A stretch of 64,000 nucleotides of DNA from Isurus oxyrinchus. Lineage: Eukaryota. Shown here piece after piece: positions 12,531-25,429 of the stretch. A model generated the notes under the pieces. The model worked only from the letters and a program-made list of their open reading frames with translations, did no database searches and was not told the DNA's origin. The stretch covers positions 7,502,001-7,566,000 of the forward strand of contig JANJGN010000035.1 in NCBI GenBank assembly GCA_026770705.1, read 5' to 3'. The position numbers were made by a program, and so were the translations under genes. Numbering within the stretch: position 1 is the first letter of the stretch; each line of letters begins with the position of its first letter.

Positions 12531-13265
12531 TAGAGTTTAATATTCTCCCGCGAGGCCTTGCTGGCGGTTTGAACATAGAATTTGCTGAATGGGCTTCTAG
12601 ACTGATTGACATTGGCGCCAAACTCTCTGCAATTTTACACTCAGATTGGTGAGACCAGTCCTCTTTTTGCCACAGCTATGACCATTACGTCATTGACAAC
12701 TTAACGGGCGGCAAGCCCAGACTAAATTTTCAGCACGCAGGAGGCTTTGGGTGATGTTGGCAGTCTGTAAACGAGCCCTGTTCAGACCTCGGGCACGGTA
12801 GTGGAGTGGTTTCAGCCACCATTAAAGATTGGGCACNNNNNNNNNNNNNNNNNNNNNNNNNNNNNNNNNNNNNNNNNNNNNNNNNNNNNNNNNNNNNNNN
12901 NNNNNNNNNNNNNNNNNNNNNNNNNNNNNNNNNNNNNNNNNNNNNNNNNNNNNNNNNNNNNNNNNNNNNNNNNNNNNNNNNNNNNNNNNNATGGTTTTGG
13001 CCCGCCCTGGCCTGCTGAATATCTCTCTGCAAGAGATCAGCCCATCTCCCCAGGCCTCAGCTACCCGCTGGACCCTGTGACCATCAGAATAAACTGCTTT
13101 ATTGACGCCCAGGACTGAGGATCTTGGGGCTGCCTGCACCCCGGGGCCTGTCCAAATAAATTTAGATCGTTGTCGGGACTTTAGATCGTTGTTGGCAATT
13201 TCATTGACCAGTGTCTCTCCAAAGCAGGAATTTCTCCCGAGTGAGAGGCGGAATTTCCGCCTAAA
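12531..13265. mobile_element. GC-rich non-autonomous DNA-transposon-like insert spanning the assembly gap
   Basis: Abrupt GC rise that truncates the Copia RT. Ends ..ggcggaatttccgcc. Similar in character to 44922-45592. Confidence 0.4.
12837..12990. other. Assembly gap (154 N)
   Basis: Run of N characters. Confidence 1.
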
Positions 13266-13639
13266 AACAATTAATGGTTCTTTTCTAGTTTCACAGAGGG
13301 AATTGTTGTTCTAAACGCATTATGCTAAAGGTTGATTGTACAAAAATGTGCCATTTGTTAACATTTTGCGTTTTTTCCACCTGAATTTTATTTTGTTTTC
13401 ATATCACTGTAATTTTATGAGGGGGCATATATGTTTGTATGCAACAAGTTAGGATGAAGGATGTTAAATGCGTATTAATTTAATTTAATAAGCTGAATAC
13501 ATATATCCTGTTGGTTAGCTCATTATTTTCAAATGCCAATGTAAAGACGAGTAAACACGTAACAATGCAGAAGTAAGCTCTGTTGCGAACAATTTCAGCC
13601 TCTCCTAGAAAATTTCTAGTCTCAGGTTTTGCTTCCTAT

Positions 13640-14010
13640 CCAGGCTTACGGATTTTTGAGGCAGCTCGCCCTGCCTGACTTAGTCATTGTAGCTAGGAAA
13701 GTTGATTTATCACAATGGCCCTTCGAATCACCTTTTGAAATATATAATCAAGTTTGTTTCCACCAGTTTAGTAGGGAGCGACGTCATTGCAAAACTGTTC
13801 TTCCTCATATTACCACTGCGTCTCGTCGACAAAACCTGAATACGTGAGCCATGGTCCTTGCACGGCCAGTTGATGGGGATAACATATCTTTGTGTAGCTT
13901 ATGTAAACATTTGCCCAATTTTGGGAAACTCCTTTTACATGAGGAGGGTATCCGTATCTTCTCCAATGTATTGTATCTATAATAATTAATCCTTGCAATC
14001 TTTGGGGTCA
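13640..14010 (-). mobile_element. CR1 LINE 3' fragment
   Basis: Minus strand resembles the CR1 ORF2 C-terminus (LEKIRIPSSCKRS..GKCLHKL..TGRARTMAHVFR, compare LE.RRLRGDLIEV.KI..TRGH). Confidence 0.6.
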
Positions 14011-14189
14011 TTACCTTATAAACCCACCGCAACCCGAACCGCAACCACCCTCCACCTCTCCCCCACCACCGTCACCACAGCTCAAACTCCCTTGATATAT
14101 GTTGGGCAAAACTAGGCGCAATAGTTAGTTGAAAGCAAAGGAAAGTGACATTTTCTAGTTTAAGTCTTCATGTCAAAACATTCCAAATT

Positions 14190-14672
14190 ACTCGAGGACA
14201 TCAACAATCACTTCAATGATAATTCAGGACCCTCCATACAAAATAATATAAGTGGCAGTTCCTGTCATTCTTCAGTTAATTTCCTCCGGAATAATTTTAG
14301 GTGACGGCGTTCAGTTCAATATTGTTTTGAATAATGTCGCTTTCTTCGAAACAGGTCCACTCCAAGATTCCCAACAATCCAAAGAACTGTCTGCTGGAAG
14401 ATTCTTGCCTTTACTTGGTGGTAATGAACGTGCCAAAAAGTTACATATCGGCCAATGTAAATGACAGCTTGACAACTTTGGTCTGAGAAGTACGTGACAC
14501 ATTGTTTTCAGCAGGAACAATTGTTAATAAGGATCGGTTAATATCGAAAAATCAAATACCGGGCAATCTGTGGAAGAGGCGTCAATTGGAAATGGGAGTT
14601 TACTGTATGCATAACACAGGACATTGAGCCAAAATTAAGCAACGTGTATTTTGTTTCCCATGTGTTTCTTTC
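14190..14672 (-). pseudogene. Candidate decayed exon, weakly ZP-N-like
   Basis: Acceptor tatttcag at 14673-14680. Phase-1 reading NKIHVA*FWLNVLCYAYSKLPF parallels SEVRIACKNKWCVYARANRLF of the 7234-7587 segment. Contains stops and frameshifts; the 3' end is uncertain. Confidence 0.25.
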
Positions 14673-14925
14673 CTGAAATAATGTTATGTTACCGAAGCAA
14701 TGATAATTATTTGCCATAATTGCCACATATCTTTCCTATACACGTAGTTTCAAGTGTGGGAATAGTTTTATCTGAATAATAGAAAGAAAAGGAATTTTGC
14801 AAACCCCTCAGTTACTTAGTGGTCTTGCAAGGAAGTGACGTTCGTATTGTAGTAAACAATTGCTTATTTCTATTTGCCCCAGATAATGACAAAATAAAGG
14901 AATTTTAATTTATCTTCAAACTGAG

Positions 14926-15654
14926 TGTCAGAGCCAATATATAACATGCTGTAAAATATTTTTATTTTAAATTAGAGTTTTAGACAGTCGGGTTGTCTTA
15001 ATTCGATTTAAGTCAGCTAGCATGTGTACTGTTATGCGCACTTGATTTGAAATGTAAGAGATGTAGCGTGCATTTGCCTATTTCTCAATACATGATTTAA
15101 GAAGTGGCGTGAAAACTGATGCCTTTTTAGTAGCTACCAAGGAACGTTGCTAATACAGTTGGTAATAGGAAAGTGATTTTTTTTCATAGAGGTTAAGTTC
15201 ATTGGTTTCTGATACAATGATAACTTACATTCAATGGAGCTGACAAATATAGCTTCAGAACTTTTCAAGTGTGCAGAGCAGGCGCACTGTGAGATCAAAG
15301 GGCAGCTGGAAGACTCCACCTGTCTCCACAGGAACAAAGTGAAGTTGACCACAATTTGAATTCGTAAGGTGAAAATGCCTTGCTTGGTATTTGTTGAATT
15401 CTAAGTGTTGCCATTGCCTTAATGGAGGTTAGTCTTGGAATTTTTGGAAAATATACTATAGTAGTCATTTGAGGCTAACCTCTGTAAATTAATGATTTTT
15501 TTTTCACTGAGTTTCATGTAAAATCCCAAGAACTGAATTTATACTCGCAGCTCCAATATAACACTTCAAATTGTAAGTTATGGAAGTTGTTTAAAGATTC
15601 GCCATGGGACTTTGAAATAGTTTCCCTGATTTACCAACTACATGGGTCATAACA
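14926..15654 (+). repeat. 5' LTR of the Gmr1-like element
   Basis: TGtcagagcc...ggtcataaCA, collinear with 20692-21439 (e.g. tttgaatt(c/t)gtaaggtgaaaa at 15355 and 21120). Confidence 0.88.
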
Positions 15655-15676
15655 ACAAGGGGCTCGCTCGGGAAAT
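15655..15676 (+). promoter_or_regulatory. Degenerate tRNA-Pro primer binding site
   Basis: acaaggggctcgctcgggaaat resembles TGGGGGCTCGTCCGGGAT and directly follows the LTR. Confidence 0.7.
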
Positions 15677-18600
15677 AAAAAATACATCTCTAATTCCTCG
15701 AATTGTTAGGGAACTGTAAATCTGAAGCTAATGTGTACGAGAGGCACTTTGAATTCAGGAATTGATAATATATTTTAGAAGTGGTGAGACTGCAAGTTGG
15801 CTTTAGCAATAGTTAAAAGTTGCCCGGGATTGGATCAGATCAATCTGATTGCGTTGGGGGGGAATAACCAAGAGTAAGTATACAGAGTTGGCAGGTAAGT
15901 TCAAATTAGCATTACCTGCGGAGCGATTGGGCGGGGGTGGTGGTAGCGGGGAGGGTGGTGGCAGGGGGTGGTGGGGACTCTGAAAAGTCAGATATAGTTA
16001 AATCATGGCACAGTATCAACAGTTGCAAATGAAGCATGACGCGAGTGAATCACAGTTGGACACGGTGAAACGTCAGCTCCAAAAGAAAAAAGTTGGATTA
16101 GAAACAAAGGGCAGAGATATTGCTCTTAACATTGAATTGTGAGTTGTGAAGATGGAGAAGGAAGAAATAGAAAGAGAGTGAGAAAGTGAATTCCAATTGA
16201 CTATGCTGGTAGCTAGAAAAGAGAATACATTCTTTGAGGAAGGATTTATCTCCTAATTAGAACCAGTTGGGTGTGTGTTTACTTTTATACAAGATGTTGC
16301 AAAATTAAGGAAAATTATTTGAATCATTCTTTATTTCATTTGAGAAGCTAGCTAAACAGATGAATTGGCTACAGGTAAACTGGACATTACAATTACAGTG
16401 TAATCTATTGGGCAGGGCACATGAGACATATGCTTCACTTTCAGAAGAAATGTTAGCGAATTATACTGTGGTGAAAAAGAAAACCATTCTGAGTGCATAT
16501 AAGTTGGTTCGTGTTCATGCAGAAAGAAATTGAGCAGTATGAGATTGCAGCCTCTGCTAACTTAAATTGAGTTTGAAAGATTAAAACAAAATAATTTTGT
16601 CCGGTGGATACGTGGTTTTAACATAGTGAAAAGTTCTGCAGCTCATGGGAAATCATTCTTTTGGGAGAATTCAAAGAGGTGATCCATTTGGTAGCGATAA
16701 CGCATGTGGAGAAACAGAGGGATGATTGTGAAAGACAAGCAGCGGAGAAAGCTGCTGGTTATTGATTAGTTCATAGAGTGAATTATTATTACCTTCACCC
16801 TTTCAAATTGGATAATGATATCAAGTGGGAAGGCGAAAGCAAGGCTGGTAGTAAGGGAAGAAAAAGATTAGCTCGAACTTTCCAGCAAGTGGTTTTCTCA
16901 GCATGCATGCGAAGTGGCATTTGAAAATGCCTGTATTTTCATTGTAATTAAATGGGGCACAGATGGTCAAGTAGCTGGAGTTTGCATGAAAATATCTGCA
17001 GGAATCATTGGGGTACAGTAATGTTCTGGAAGAAATGTAGAGTGTGTTCTGATGTTCAGGCAGAGCAGAAGCCAATGGTTTATGTGCAGGTGAAACAGGG
17101 AGACTCAGTGAAATGTAACTAGGTGTGAATATGTCCACGTTTGCTGAAGATAATTCTCAGGAGCAGGTTGCAGAATTCTTAAAGGACTTGTGTCTGAAAG
17201 TAAATTCTTTCCAATACAACAGTTTGAAGTAGGTAAATATGTTAACATTGTAAGATACACAGTGTCTAGTCAATCATTAATTTTGTGGGGAGTTACATTT
17301 TTTACAAAGGTGGTATTGTAAGAGCTGGGAACAATAAATGGGATTCATAGAGATGCTAAACCTATTGCGTTGTGGAAGGTATAAATAAATAGCAAATGGA
17401 AGTCTGGTGAAATTATCGCGTTAGTGGGAGAAATATAAACAATGCAAGGGCTCAATTTTTTCTGGGTAGTGATATAACTGGGTCGCAAGTGCCAGTGTTG
17501 CCTGCCGTAGATGAACAGCCAGTAGAAGTATTTTCAACAGGAGTGCTACAAAAGGAACATCCTGATTGTTTCCTGAATGTGTTATAACAAGTTCAAACAC
17601 CCATAGGGAGGAACAAAATAAACAAAATGAGCAGACTGTTCAAAGGCAAGAAGCAGGCATCGAAAGCCAAATACCTAGCACTGTATTTGATAACAATGTT
17701 CAGGAGGAAGGAATGCAGGACAGTTCAGTTGAAGTGTTTACCTCAGGAGGTTAGTCGAGTTACAGAATAAAAAAATGCTATTAAAGCAGTTATATCAGTC
17801 AAGTTGTTCAGAAGCCGAAGCAAAAAGTATTCTGTCATGTCATTTTCTTTAACGCAATATATTAATGAGAACATGGCAGTCGCATCATTCCTCAGAAAAT
17901 GAATGCTGGCGCGAGATGAATCAGTGTGTTATCCCATTTGGGAATATAAACTAGATTCTGAGGATTGTTCATGGAATTCCAATGGGCATGGAGTTATAAA
18001 TTTGGAGAAAAGAGGAAAAGATACAGAGCTGATTTTTGGCATGGTTTGCATAAGGATGTATACAAAATCTGTGGAACCTGTAGCAAATGACAGCAGGAAA
18101 ACCACAAACAGTGATTTGGTCGTCGCCTTATATCCCAAAAGCAGCATTTAAAGAACATTGTACCAGGGACTTGATCGATTGTGCAGGACCAATCGCTACA
18201 ATTAATTATGGAAATCAGTACTTATTGACATTAGAGGCTTTGTCCAAAAACTTTCCTTAAGCAATATCTTTAATAAATATTTCAAATAAGGAGATTGTGG
18301 AGAATAAATTAACTCTAACACGTGGTAAAGCTTAACTAAAGAAATACAATCAGATCAGCTGTTAAATTTCTTGTCACAAGTGTATAAGGAACAAATGAAC
18401 TGTTTGGTGATAAAGCAGTTCAATCAACTGCTTATCATCCAAAGTCACGAATAGCATAGAATGGCTGGTATTAAATGAAAATAAAGCCATTATGAGAGCA
18501 TACTGTTAGAATTAGTCAGCGGATTGAGGTACATGGATTCCATTTTTGTTATTTGCTATTAGAGACGCTCCTAATGCTGAGGCTTTTTTTTTTTAGCCGT

Positions 18601-20691
18601 TTGAACGATTTTATGCGAAGCAGGGAACAGGACAAATGAAAAAGATTCAGGAGAAATTAAGGGGCAAACATTCTTCTGTGGTACATATCAAATATGAGGG
18701 TAAGATTGAACAGGACATGTGAGTTGGTGAGGGAAGATTAAAATATATCACAGCTAGTGATGAAAGTGAAAGAAGATAAGATGGCTAAAATTTGCAGTTA
18801 TGTTTTTGGAGTGAAAGTATTAGATATGATACCGATCCTAGGTGATTCCTTAAATGCAAAATTTAGCAGGCCTTATAGGTTTGAAAATATAATGACTGAC
18901 GTAAATTATTTAATAAATGTTCAAGAAAGAAGATATCAGAAGGATTGTTGTGCAAATATGTTTGAAAATCACTTTGACGGGGAGAGAAACAAAAACATTT
19001 GTTAATATGCTGAATGATGATAAAGATTTAGCTGTGCAGCACTGGGAAGTTTAGTTTCATCGAATCAAATTGAAGAAGTAAAGGGTGTTTGAAAATGTAA
19101 ATGCAATAATGTCTTACCTTCCAAGCAAATATCAACGTGATTTGGAAAATCGATTGAGGTCACACAAACGTTTTTGCGGGAATAAATTTGGAAATAAGCA
19201 CTAATCTTGACATGATGGATGTATGGAAATGTCACCTTCAGTAATACAGCAACGCTATAGATTAAATTCATCAAAGTAATCACAAGCACAAAAAATAAAT
19301 TGATTTCATGCTTGAAAATGGCATTATTAAGTTTACTTACTGTAACTGGAGTTCGCCTATTTTAGTGCTACTAAACCACATGGAACACAAATACTGTGTT
19401 TGTACTTTCGAAAGGTGAATGGGGTGATATAAGAGGTTTAATATGCCATACCACGGTTTTCGAATTGTATGGTTAATGTTAGGCAATCCAAATTTATCAA
19501 GAAGATTCACTTGCTTGTAGGATATTGGCAGGTAACAATGTCGGAGAAGGCAAAGGACATATCAGCTTTCGTAACGTCAAGTTGACTGGATGAGTTTAAA
19601 GTCATCTTCTTTGACATGAAGAATGCACCTGTGACATTTCAAGGATCGACAAACAAAGTAATTGCGGGTCAAAGCAATTGTGCTGTTTATACTGATGATC
19701 TAATTGTTTTCAGTCAGATGTGGGAGAAGCATTTACAGAATCTGGAAGAATTATTCACTCGACTACAAGAAGTTAATTTGGTGATGAACTAGGCTAAAAG
19801 TGATATACCTAAAGCACAAGTATTTTATCTTGACCATACATTAAACATGGTAAGGTCGGTGTGAGAAATGTGAAAATGCAGGCGGTCGTGGATTTCCCCA
19901 TGCCTACAACCAAACGAGAAGTTTTAAGAGTTCTGGGCTTGAGTGGGTTTTACAGGAAATTTGTACGAAATTTTAGCCAGGTGGTTGCACTTCTGACCGA
20001 ATTATGAAAAAATAACTAGAAGTTTCAATGGACACGGCAGTTTCAGAAATAATTTGATAGATTGAAAGCTGTATTAACTGCGATATCGATTTTAACAGTA
20101 CTCAGTTATGCAAAGCAATTCAGGTTCGCCATTGACACCAGCGATAAAGGCACAGGGGCTAAACTGTTGCAAGTATATTGCTTTTGGAATGGAAAACAGA
20201 TAGGAAGCTAAATCTAGAGCAGGGAATATATTTAACGATCGACAAAGAGGCTTTGGGCTTGATGTTAGAACTGCAGTACATCGGGGCTTATGTTGCAAAA
20301 AATTAATCAGAAACAATTATTCATGCAGGCTATAATCCTTTGAAGTTTTTGGACACATTTCCTGACAACAGACCAAGGGTTCTCAGGTTGTGTCTATTAT
20401 TACACCTATTTAATCTGCGTACTTTACATGTTATTCGAAGAGGAAATCTGCTCGCAGATGGTTTAGCAAGAGTTTGAATCTTAAAGGGAATTGGGTCATT
20501 TAGAAAAAGCTGGACACTGAACTGGAGAGATTTCCCTTGACAGAAAGGTTTTGTGGATAAACATTGTTATTTTAGTACATGCACAGTGTGATGTAATCGA
20601 GTACTGAGTTTAGAAGGTAGTGAGAGATGGTCAATTAAAATAATGCCATCTTTGCAAGATATAATGGTTCAATTTCAGATAAGGAAGGACA

Positions 20692-21439
20692 TTTCAAGCC
20701 GCTTTTAATGTGCATAATATCTTTGGAAATATTTTCCTTTACAAATGAATGTTTAGTCTTTGGGTGTGTCTTAATTGGATTAAATTCACCTAGCCTGGGT
20801 GCTTTGATGGCTACTCATGTTGAAATGTAGGCTTGGATTTCCATTTTGTGGAAGAGAGCATTCATGAAGTGTATCCGAAACTTTCACCTTGCCTGCAGGT
20901 ACAAAGCAATATATTTATATTAATAATCACAAAGTGTGCTATGAAAGGGGTTTTAATTTTAGAGAGGTTTAGTTCAGAGACGATGAGAAATACCATTCAG
21001 TGGGGCTGGTGATATAACTTCAGTATTATTCGGGTAAGCAGAGCAGAGGCAATGTGAGATGAAAAGGCAGCTGCAAGTCTCCAATTGGCTCCACAGGAAT
21101 TAAGTGATCAGAACATCATTTTGAATTTGTAAGGTGAAAACGCTTTGCCTCGTGTTTGGTACAATATGTCTTGTTGCCTTAATGGATATTTGTTTGGGAA
21201 GTTGTTAGGAGTAACGAAAGTAGTAATTTGTAGTCACGTGTATGTATACTTAACCTGTGTAAATTAACAAAATGTTTAATGTTGTTCAATGTAAATCCCG
21301 AGAAGTGGAGGCCTGATTCCTAAATTCCTACAGTTGCATGTTAATCATAACACTTGAAATGATTGTAAAAGGCAGTTGTTTAAACTTTCCCTCGGATTTT
21401 TTAAGTAACTCCGCTTTACGAATTGCATCGGTCATAACA
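20692..21439 (+). repeat. 3' LTR of the Gmr1-like element
   Basis: Follows the purine tract aaggaagga (20681-20689), ends ggtcataaCA, and is collinear with the 5' LTR. Confidence 0.88.
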
Positions 21440-22630
21440 GTGAGAGGGAAAGTGAAAGAATCTGTGAACGCACTTTCATTCGGGGACTGATGCAGAGCAT
21501 TTTTTAAAAACATTTGCATTTGCAAAGCAACGATTCTACTATTGTCACACTGTATACGTTATAAGAAGAAAAACAATAAAATTTTTGATTGTTAGGCTAA
21601 TCATTATACGTCTCCGAGGTCAAATTTCATAAATTGAATTTAAAATTGTAGCAGTATCGTTCCAGTACGAGCAAGCAGACATGTTCATTCCATGGATATT
21701 AGCAATAGATTGTAAATGGAGAGGGAAACAAATATTTAGCAATACAACATGATTAAAGTACATTAATTAACAATAATCTAGGATTGATCCTATTCACCAA
21801 TAAAGCACAAAGTGTAGATAGTGAAAAACCAACAGCCAATGGCTAGTTTTCAGTATGCCCAGAACACCATTCCAATTATTTGGATAAGCAGTGCCACGAT
21901 AAATAAATAAATTGTTGCTTGTCTCATTAGGGGAAGAGAACGTACGCTAAAAGCTACGAGAACGTGACAATTTATAAAGTATCAAATAGAAAGCATTATT
22001 TAAATAAATAATATTCTTTGACATAATAAAAGTTACGATAACGACCACAATAATAAAAAGAAGAAAAACTGTTTAGAGGATGATTATATGATATTATGGT
22101 AAACTATACTTTTTTATTTTATTCATAAGCGTTCTGTTAGAGTCACAAAAACGTGCACAACATGTTCAAGGTATTAATAATTAAATCGTGAATATGTCGA
22201 TAAATACTTCCTCTTGCTTTCTGATTCAGCAAGGGGAATATTGACATGGGGATAATAGGTAATTAATGAATAAGACTGTACGAAAACATTTAAAAGAATA
22301 AGAGGGAGCTAAAGTACAAAATGTTCATAGCCCCCAAAACCCTGCTTTGTATTGATTGTATATACTAAATGCCCACAGCAAGTACATTATTCTTCCGTAC
22401 CGGCTCAAGTGCTCGTAGGAGGGCGATAAAACCTTTGCAAAAGCCCTTCCATCAAATCTACTTTAATTAAAATATAGTATTCCTGTTTTACCCCAAATAT
22501 GTAAATCCAAATTAAAATGGCACAGGGTAAATTATAGGTATCAATGACTTCAAAAGGGATGGTATTGCTTTACAAACTTAATCAAGTTCCTCGAACAAAT
22601 AATACGAAATGAGTGTTTTTCCTAATGTAC

Positions 22631-22966
22631 CGCCACAACCTTGCTAAAATTTGATAAAATGGAATTGCATCCGAACTTTATACTGAGACCTCGAACATTC
22701 GGTTCAATACAAATTTATATTATTGATTCTCCAAACGCCCTTTCTCAATTTTAATTATCTTGAACATAGAATCTAATCTTTTGTTCATTTCCCACATTTG
22801 CAATAAACCAGCTATCATTTAAATGCAACGCTGCCAATTGCCTTAAAGCACAATGTTGCTGCAAGTTCACCATTCTCACCACGAAAAAAAAACCTTCAAA
22901 ATTCACTGTAGAATGTAATGGCAATTTTGTCATCTTTGTGACCTCGAGTGTCGACCTTACTCTGAG
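22631..22966 (-). pseudogene. Candidate decayed ZP-N-like exon (336 nt)
   Basis: Bounded by tttccag| and |gtacat. Reads QSKVDTRGHKDDKIAITF..[frameshift]..LRQLAALHLNDSWFIANVGNEQKIRF..GESII*ICIE..GLSIKFGC, which aligns by eye with the 7234-7587 segment. Confidence 0.35.
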
Positions 22967-23239
22967 CTGGAAACATTTTTCTTCTAAGCCGACACAATGG
23001 CAAAGTTATGGTAAGATAAATACCTCTAATAGATTATCACTGAGACTTTTCTTGGAGTAAAGTGCCTCATTTTATTTTCAGCATCCCCTTACATTTGCCT
23101 TAAAAAGTCTTGTAATGAGTGGAAACGGGAATGGGTGCGCAATTATCGTGCAGCAAGAAAGGTTGGGTTTTGCAGAACCTGGTAACACTCTACATTTAGT
23201 CATGAACTTTCAATAGCTTTACCTTGTGGAAAATGCTGC

Positions 23240-23780
23240 AAATAATGCCAAGGGAAAGGAAAAAAACAGCATCAAATGTAAATTGGCACGCAGATATTGG
23301 TATTGAACTAGGGAGGTTAGAGATGAGGTTTGTCTGGATGTTGGCGGCACTAGGAAGTTGAAGTGAAATGGACAAATCGCATAGGTGGTTAATTATCCTT
23401 TGAGCCGAGGGCAAAGAAGCGGATTTGACTGAAATGTACAAAATTGTGAGGTATGTGGATTGAACGGGGGGAATGGAATATTTACTTAAGCAGATACTAT
23501 GGGACGCTAATGTAAAGTGATTGGTAGAAGGATGAGAAGGGAGGCAAAAACGTTTTTGTTTAACAAAGAGTGTTGTAGGTATCATGAACTTACTGTCTGT
23601 GATAATAGTAGGAACAGCCAAACTTAACTCATTTAAGCTGTTTTCTGGATATGCACCTGAAGAGAATCAAGGTGCCAATTGTCTACAACACAGCTATATA
23701 TCTCGGATTTTCAATCAATGGGCAACAACGTTCATGCCCAGTGCTAGCAGAATGGACCTTTACGTTCTTAAGCAGGCGAT
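23240..23780 (+). mobile_element. CR1 LINE 3' end
   Basis: gcggatttgactgaaatgtacaaaattgtgagg (GDL.E.YKI motif) followed by a CR1-type 3' tail. Confidence 0.7.
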
Positions 23781-24681
23781 GCCTTTGCTGAAATTCACTG
23801 GCTGAGTGCTTAGCACTTGTGATTATCTTTCTATCCTCCTACAGGCAATGGATCTGAGTGAGTGTTGGAATTGAGATGCAGTGCGAGGAAAAAATATTGA
23901 ATGGATATCCCTGTTGACCTTCCACAATATTTTAAATTTTGTTGACTAATTTTGTTAATACTTCCAATTCACACCATTACACAATGGCGTGAACGGTAGC
24001 TGAGCTGCCAATTGTCAACCTGAAGTCCAACAGTTATTCGACTCTGGCCTCGTTTATACGAGCCAGGGCAAGGCGTTGAAGCTTCGCAGGCCATTGCTCG
24101 TAACAGTTGCATGTCAAAGAGAGCGAGTGCAAAACTAGAAATTGTCGTGGAAGAAGCGGTAACAGGATATTGATGAAAATCACAAGTTGTACTTGAGATT
24201 ATCCAATAATAGCGCTAATCCCATGATTAGTACAGGGAAAACCGGATTGGGAGGTTCATATATATAATCGGTATTAGTGACCAACAATTGCCCCTCGTTT
24301 CAATGCGGCCCTCGGAGTAGAAACCCTAAAGCTCTTGTTCCTTAATGTTCGTAATCATTTCTTTAAATTTTCGCCTGGTGATTATTGTCCCTTTCAGAAG
24401 CGCTGACTAGACTAATAATGTACACACGAACCTTAGGTTTCACAGGCAGTTTACTTGTGAAAGCCATGTTTGATCTCGAATTGAGTTCATACATTTGAAT
24501 GTGGCCCGCAGTAGATAGAGCAGTTTATGTTTAGTGTTATATCGATAAACAGTTTGAGGCAATTTAAAATCTATGGCAGAGTGAGATGAAATTGGAAATG
24601 CAGATTGATGTTCACTGGATTAAGGTTAAACATTGTTTCCTATGTCAATCAAAAAGCAAACAGTAAACCCATCTGATGTAC

Positions 24682-25144
24682 CTGCACTTCTGGCAATTTC
24701 GCTGGTTCTGTCTTCTTTAAATGGTGAATGGCAGTCTTCATTCACCGTGTTTGTGCTGTTGTTGCCATTGGAATTATTTGTGCTGTACAGAAATGGTGTT
24801 GGAATACCTTCCTCTGGGTAAATATTTGTTCGGTACTGTTGAGGCTGTCATGGCAGTCATTTCGGGATATTTCAGTTTTCAATTCGCTGCTGGCGGGATC
24901 TCTCTGTTCATGATTTGTGCTGAGAATTCTAATGGTGTTCCCAAGTGTCGTGCTGGTCCTATCCGTTCCCCCGTGAGGATTCTGCTTGCTGAACTATCCC
25001 AACTACATTTGTTTTCGAAACAAAGTTCATGGATTTTGCAAGATTTCTTATAATTGAGCAATATTTTGGTGGCCTAATCGTTTATACATTTAATCACTAA
25101 TATCAGCAGACATGGCGTTTGCAATTCTCATTTAATTTCAATTG
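24682..25144 (-). pseudogene. Candidate decayed ZP-N exon
   Basis: Strong acceptor atttttttctctttag| and donor cag|gtacat. A single phase-1 frame gives IEIK*E..LLILVIK..KILLNYKKSC..RHLGTPLEF..GRYSNTISV..RLPFT with several stops. Confidence 0.5.
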
Positions 25145-25429
25145 CTAAAGAGAAAAAAATAGAATCATAAGCGTTTTGATTTTTTCTGCAATTCCAGATC
25201 CCACACGTGAATGTTCACCCTTGATGTTTGCGCATGGAGAAGCATTTTGCTCTGAAATAAGGATCATGTTAAGCAAATTTTCTGTTCGACGACTATATCC
25301 GATCACAAGAGATGTAACTGGATAATATCATTTTAATAAATATTTCAATCGCCTTATATGCTGCTTGTATTCCTGTTCGTATGAATAAGCATGGATAAGC
25401 ATTTTGTTAGACAAATCATTTTAAATTGA

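Larger units (their letters stand above)
14926..21439 (+). mobile_element. Full-length degenerate Gmr1-like Gypsy retrotransposon (gag-PR-IN-RT-RNaseH)
   Basis: Two LTRs, PBS and PPT. Capsid FFISFEKLAKQMNW at about 16325, knuckle FHCN*MGH at about 16935, protease IVRYTVSSQSL at about 17245. Integrase LIDCAGP..GNQYLLT..EIQSDQ..TAYHP at 18170-18450. RT WSSPIL..GYWQV..MKNAPVTFQ..AVYTDDLIVFS at 19300-19850. RNaseH AIDTSDKG..NLLADGLARV* at 20120-20477. Flanks ctgag/gtgag are a possible TSD. Confidence 0.93.

Noticed and set aside
12730-13139. Cluster of ORFs containing X runs
   Set aside because: Artefacts of the N gap.
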